Made by a program: the position numbers and the translations under genes. A DNA stretch of 59,828 bases. It comes from a virus (Duplodnaviria; Caudoviricetes). The notes below the pieces were generated by a model. The model was not told the DNA's origin and ran no database searches. It saw only the letters and a list, made by a program, of their open reading frames with translations. The stretch spans positions 1 through 59,828 of the IMG/VR virus record IMGVR_UViG_3300045931_000157; one strand, given 5' to 3'. Shown here one piece after another: positions 56,393-59,828 of this stretch; the stretch's first letter is position 1; every line of letters starts with the position of its first letter.

Positions 56393-57515
56393 GGCGCTTT
56401 CGCTTTCGCTTGTGATGGGTCACGTTGTAATCGTGGATGGTATAGCTGATTGAAGCATCGCCTCGGTTATGTTCAGGGATTTTGAACTTGCGCCCACCAC
56501 ACCGCTTGCACTCGAACATGCTGTCCGAGCCTTCCAAGGGCTGGTAGGCCGCGCCATTGTCGTGATCGCACAGCGGGTTTTCGGGAAACATCCAATGGCG
56601 GCGCATGTGTGCTCGCACCAGCTCACGCCCGCGCCGTCTGGCGGCGCGGAGGATCCGACGCGCATGAGCCAGCCTGGTGCCTTCCTTCGGCAGGTTCAAT
56701 TCGAGGACAGTGTGCCGAACGAAGGGGCGCTGCTTGCCAGCAACGATGCGGCCGCCACCTGGCATGACCAGGCGACGACGATGCGGCACGTCATTGATGG
56801 CGCTGAGCAGTGCCCACAGGAAGCGTATCGAATAGACCGCATTATCGGCTGCATCCTGCAGGAAGCCATCCTTGCGAAACTGCTCCAGCTGCCTGTCATT
56901 CAGCCATGGCGCGCGGGTAACTGCCAGCACCATGTCACCAGCCGAATTGTAGAACAGGCTGCCGCCTTCCTTTTTGGTTTTGGCAGATGATGGGCCGAGC
57001 AGTGATGGCCAGGGCGGCACCTCGTCTGTCGTTGACCACATCATGGCAACTGGTGACACCCAGGAGCGCGGCACGCCTTCCAGTTCCTGCTCGTAGCGTG
57101 CTGCCCCCACTGCCATGACGGCCCAGTCAGCTTTCGGGTGGCGCAGCAGCAGCCAGCCCATGTGCGTCAACGGCCCGTTGACTCCATGGCTCTCTGGCAC
57201 GCCCCACTGCTCCTTGCCGCGCCTGGCCGAGGCCTTCCAGTCGTATTCGATCCAGGTGTTGGAGTGCGGAGGGAATGCCAGCCTGCGATGGTAGCTGAGG
57301 ATTTCGCCAATGCGCTTTTCGTTGAAGCGCGCAATCGCTGGCAGACCATGGCCAAGGTCTGCCAGGAAGCCCGACATGGCTTCATCGAGGCGAAACTTGC
57401 GGGCGCTCGCGATAGTGTTGGCCACCCAGCCCTTCTGGTCCATCACGCGCCTGATCTTGTTGCGCGAATATTCCTGGATCAGATGGTCGGCCAGAGTCGG
57501 CTCGTACTCCTCCAT
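56358..57515 (-). CDS. Hypothetical protein (385 aa) with basic His-rich C-terminus and CxH/CxxC
   Basis: VRAHMRRHW...CDH...CKRC...H.RGD; likely start MEEYEP. Confidence 0.75.
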   Translation of the reverse strand: MEEYEPTLADHLIQEYSRNKIRRVMDQKGWVANTIASARKFRLDEAMSGFLADLGHGLPAIARFNEKRIGEILSYHRRLAFPPHSNTWIEYDWKASARRGKEQWGVPESHGVNGPLTHMGWLLLRHPKADWAVMAVGAARYEQELEGVPRSWVSPVAMMWSTTDEVPPWPSLLGPSSAKTKKEGGSLFYNSAGDMVLAVTRAPWLNDRQLEQFRKDGFLQDAADNAVYSIRFLWALLSAINDVPHRRRLVMPGGGRIVAGKQRPFVRHTVLELNLPKEGTRLAHARRILRAARRRGRELVRAHMRRHWMFPENPLCDHDNGAAYQPLEGSDSMFECKRCGGRKFKIPEHNRGDASISYTIHDYNVTHHKRKRKRHETNHRRRDPK

Positions 57516-57517
57516 GG

Positions 57518-57949
57518 TCAGAACACACAGAGAGCCACGCAGACGATGCCCCACACCTCGCGCAGTTCATTGGCCGCACGCAGCACGATGCCGCGAATCT
57601 GTTTGGTTTGATCCTCCCATTTCGGGTGGTTCGCCCAGGCCGGATTGGAAACAAAGCTGAAGCTGCGATGCTTGTTGCCGTTTCTCAAAATCAGACCTTC
57701 GCGCACCAGGTCACCAATGATCCGCTCGACATTGGTGCGGGCAAGGCCGCTGCTTTTGGCAATTTCTCTGATGGTCACTTCGGGCTGCTTCTTGTCAGCC
57801 CTGGCGTAGATCACCATCGCGACCAGCAGATTGTTGAACGTCATTCCTGGATTGCTGCGGCGTCCGTAGATCAAACTGATTTCAGCAAATGCTTCGATGA
57901 ATAAGCGTGCGCACACGGCTCCCTGGCCGTGCTGTGGTTCAAGCCTCAT
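57518..57949 (-). CDS. Winged-helix regulator (MarR/IclR-like HTH)
   Basis: TIREIAKSSGLARTNVERIIGDLVREGLI; AGGAGG RBS. Confidence 0.78.
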   Translation of the reverse strand: MRLEPQHGQGAVCARLFIEAFAEISLIYGRRSNPGMTFNNLLVAMVIYARADKKQPEVTIREIAKSSGLARTNVERIIGDLVREGLILRNGNKHRSFSFVSNPAWANHPKWEDQTKQIRGIVLRAANELREVWGIVCVALCVF

Positions 57950-58087
57950 TGCATCCTCCTTGCACCTTGATCTGGTGTTAAATGCCCCCCTTCGACCAGG
58001 CATCATGAACAAAATCTCATACTATAGTCAACATTTCGCGCTCTTTAGTCTGTAGTCCTTCGGTCAGCATTCTCACCATTTGGGAGC

Positions 58088-58321
58088 GTGAACCAAGTGG
58101 CCAAACCGCTCGGAAAAATCATCGCCAAACTTCGGCGCGACCAGGAACTTTCCCAAGAGGAACTGGCAGACCGCGCCGGGATTCACCGCACCTATGTCAG
58201 CCTGCTGGAGCGCGGTCTAAAGTCTCCTACGGTTTCGATGTTGTTCAAACTCGCCAAGGCCCTGCACACCACGCCAAGCAAAATATTGAAGCTGGTCGAA
58301 CCCAATAACAACGGCGGTTAG
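58088..58321 (+). CDS. XRE-family regulator, restriction-modification controller (C protein)-like
   Basis: LSQEELADRAGIHRTYVSLLERG.KSPT. Confidence 0.88.
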   Translation: MNQVAKPLGKIIAKLRRDQELSQEELADRAGIHRTYVSLLERGLKSPTVSMLFKLAKALHTTPSKILKLVEPNNNGG

Positions 58322-58340
58322 ATGTCGAGGCCACCCGCAT

Positions 58341-58367
58341 AAAAAAAGCCCCCGCCGAAGCGGGGGC
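58341..58367 (-). terminator. Rho-independent terminator ending the late operon
   Basis: A7-GCCCCCGC-cgaa-GCGGGGGC on +; UUCG loop and U run on -. Confidence 0.88.
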
Positions 58368-58400
58368 AGGCGGGGATTCGCCACCAGGAGGAGGACGTAA

Positions 58401-58520
58401 TTACCTGGCGACGTGTCTGCTACCAGACATAGGCTTGATCCTTTGGCGCAATGCCAGGGCCACGCGCTTTGCAGCTGCAGCCATGGCGCGTCGGCGCTCC
58501 TCGCATTTCTTGCAGCTCAT
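58401..58520 (-). CDS. Small basic CxxC peptide (39 aa, MSCKKCEERRR...)
   Basis: ATGA coupling to the upstream gene; ends before the terminator. Confidence 0.5.
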   Translation of the reverse strand: MSCKKCEERRRAMAAAAKRVALALRQRIKPMSGSRHVAR

Positions 58521-58936
58521 CGCGTCACCACTCGCGCGGCTGGCCGCCCATGCAGGGTGATGACAGTGGCAGGCTTGAACTGCACTCCAGATGCCTGCAG
58601 GCCGAACGGATCAGTCATCACGTTCCAGTCGCCGCTCAGCATGGTTGAGGAGATTCCGCCCATCACCAGGCGCAGTGAATCGGTGTACAGCCCGCTGGTC
58701 AGGCGCGTGGTCACTGCAGCTGGCACGAACACTGAGCAGCGCCCTGCCACGGCATCCGTGATCGCAACGCTCACCTCATCGGCCTCGATCACCCGCTTGC
58801 CCTGGCTGCTGAGCATCGTCCAGAGGATCGGCGGCGTACTGCTCAAGTTGATGGGCTGGCCATCAGCATCCAGCAACGTCACGCGAATTTCCCAGTCATC
58901 ACCTGCTGTCGCGCCGACCACCGTGTGGCGATTCAT
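58517..58936 (-). CDS. BppU-like Ig-fold adaptor
   Basis: GDDW...LLDADGQPINLS...ITDAVAG...GLY.D. Confidence 0.65.
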   Translation of the reverse strand: MNRHTVVGATAGDDWEIRVTLLDADGQPINLSSTPPILWTMLSSQGKRVIEADEVSVAITDAVAGRCSVFVPAAVTTRLTSGLYTDSLRLVMGGISSTMLSGDWNVMTDPFGLQASGVQFKPATVITLHGRPAARVVTR

Positions 58937-59828
58937 GATTGCCTCCCTGTCAACTGCGTCGGCGCCGCACGCTTGCCGATCATGGTCAGCTCTGCAGCTT
59001 CACCCTCAAGCTCGTCTGGTGTCTCGCGCTTGCCAGTGAACTCCAGCTCTGCAGCCTGGCCGATGAAATCGAACACCACACGCTGGCCGATGCCGTCGAT
59101 GATTTGGATGCGGCCGCCAGTGAAGCGGCAATAGTCTGCTGCTTCAGTTGCGACCAGGTAGCCGTTATTGATCAGCGAAGTGGAGAACAGCGGAACGTCG
59201 CGTTCCTCTGTCGCGTGCAGCTCACCATCCAGGCCGACCAGGCCAATGAACTCAGAGCCATCGGCCAGCTCAGTGGCCGCCATGCTGCCGGACCAGCCGG
59301 TGGTAGCGACCAGTTCAGCGGTGTCTGCAGCTTCACTGGCAGCCAGCGTGCCGACCCAGTGCACGCCGATATTGAAGGCTGCACTGTCAGCTGCTTCGCT
59401 CGCAGCCAGCACAGCAACCCAGCGCACCAGGCCTGAACTGCTGCAGGTGTCCGCAGGTTCAGTGGCAGCCAGGCTGGCAACCCAGCGCACTGTGCCAGTG
59501 AGTGCAGCTGCATCACGAGCTTCGCTGGCGGCCATGGTGCCGAGCCAGCGCACCAGGACATTGACTGCAGCAGTGTCTGCAGCATCGCTGGCCACCAGGG
59601 CACCAGCGATGCCGGTGACCTGGCCGTTAAGGCTTGCACCATCACCAGTTTCGACAGCCACCAGGCTGCCGATCAGGTCGATGCCCCAGCTGACCGTGCC
59701 AGTGAGCGCGGCACTGTCGCTGGCTTCAGAGACAGCCAGGCTGCCGAACCACTCAACCCGCGCGTCGAAGCTGGCCGTGTCGGCGGCTTCGCTGGCCCCC
59801 AGGGACGTGAGCCAGCGCACCAGGCATG
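58933..59828 (-). CDS. 3' part of the ~855-aa 21-aa-repeat protein (starts at 1801)
   Basis: Same repeat (W..SLAASEAADTA.F.G.V); in-frame continuation through the terminal overlap. Confidence 0.88.
   Translation of the reverse strand, partial: CLVRWLTSLGASEAADTASFDARVEWFGSLAVSEASDSAALTGTVSWGIDLIGSLVAVETGDGASLNGQVTGIAGALVASDAADTAAVNVLVRWLGTMAASEARDAAALTGTVRWVASLAATEPADTCSSSGLVRWVAVLAASEAADSAAFNIGVHWVGTLAASEAADTAELVATTGWSGSMAATELADGSEFIGLVGLDGELHATEERDVPLFSTSLINNGYLVATEAADYCRFTGGRIQIIDGIGQRVVFDFIGQAAELEFTGKRETPDELEGEAAELTMIGKRAAPTQLTGRQS
59700..59828. repeat. Terminal direct repeat, right copy
   Basis: Matches 1-129 with one mismatch. Confidence 0.95.

Noticed and set aside
59700-59828. Biological terminal repeat (T7-like DTR)
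   Set aside because: Falls mid-gene and is close to a typical assembler k-mer length; the terminase type suggests cos ends

Overview
This window looks like a complete, circularly permuted temperate phage genome of about 59,699 bp: positions 59700-59828 re-read positions 1-129 with one mismatch. It combines an HK97-type head (P27-type TerS, TerL, HNH, fused protease-capsid, portal) with a Mu/SfV-like contractile tail, several fibre genes, a GH19 endolysin, an ERF/YqaJ recombination pair, an AAA helicase and a tyrosine integrase. Gene families suggest an alphaproteobacterial (Rhizobiales-like) host; this is inference. Three things stand out. (1) A ParB-like, radical SAM/SPASM, TET-associated-type glycosyltransferase cassette is translationally coupled to the terminase genes, with no TET/JBP, methyltransferase or hydroxymethylase recognised in the genome, which suggests an undescribed radical-SAM-primed hypermodification system. 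(2) The early leader has tandem hairpins with GUCUGG loops, and a 92-nt hairpin 2.3 kb downstream has the complementary CCAGAC loop and ends in CCA; with no cI/S24 repressor seen, this is a candidate kissing-loop RNA immunity switch. (3) An 855-aa, 21-residue-repeat protein crosses the window junction and is largely missed by the ORF track. All family assignments come from motif recognition by eye; no database searches were run.
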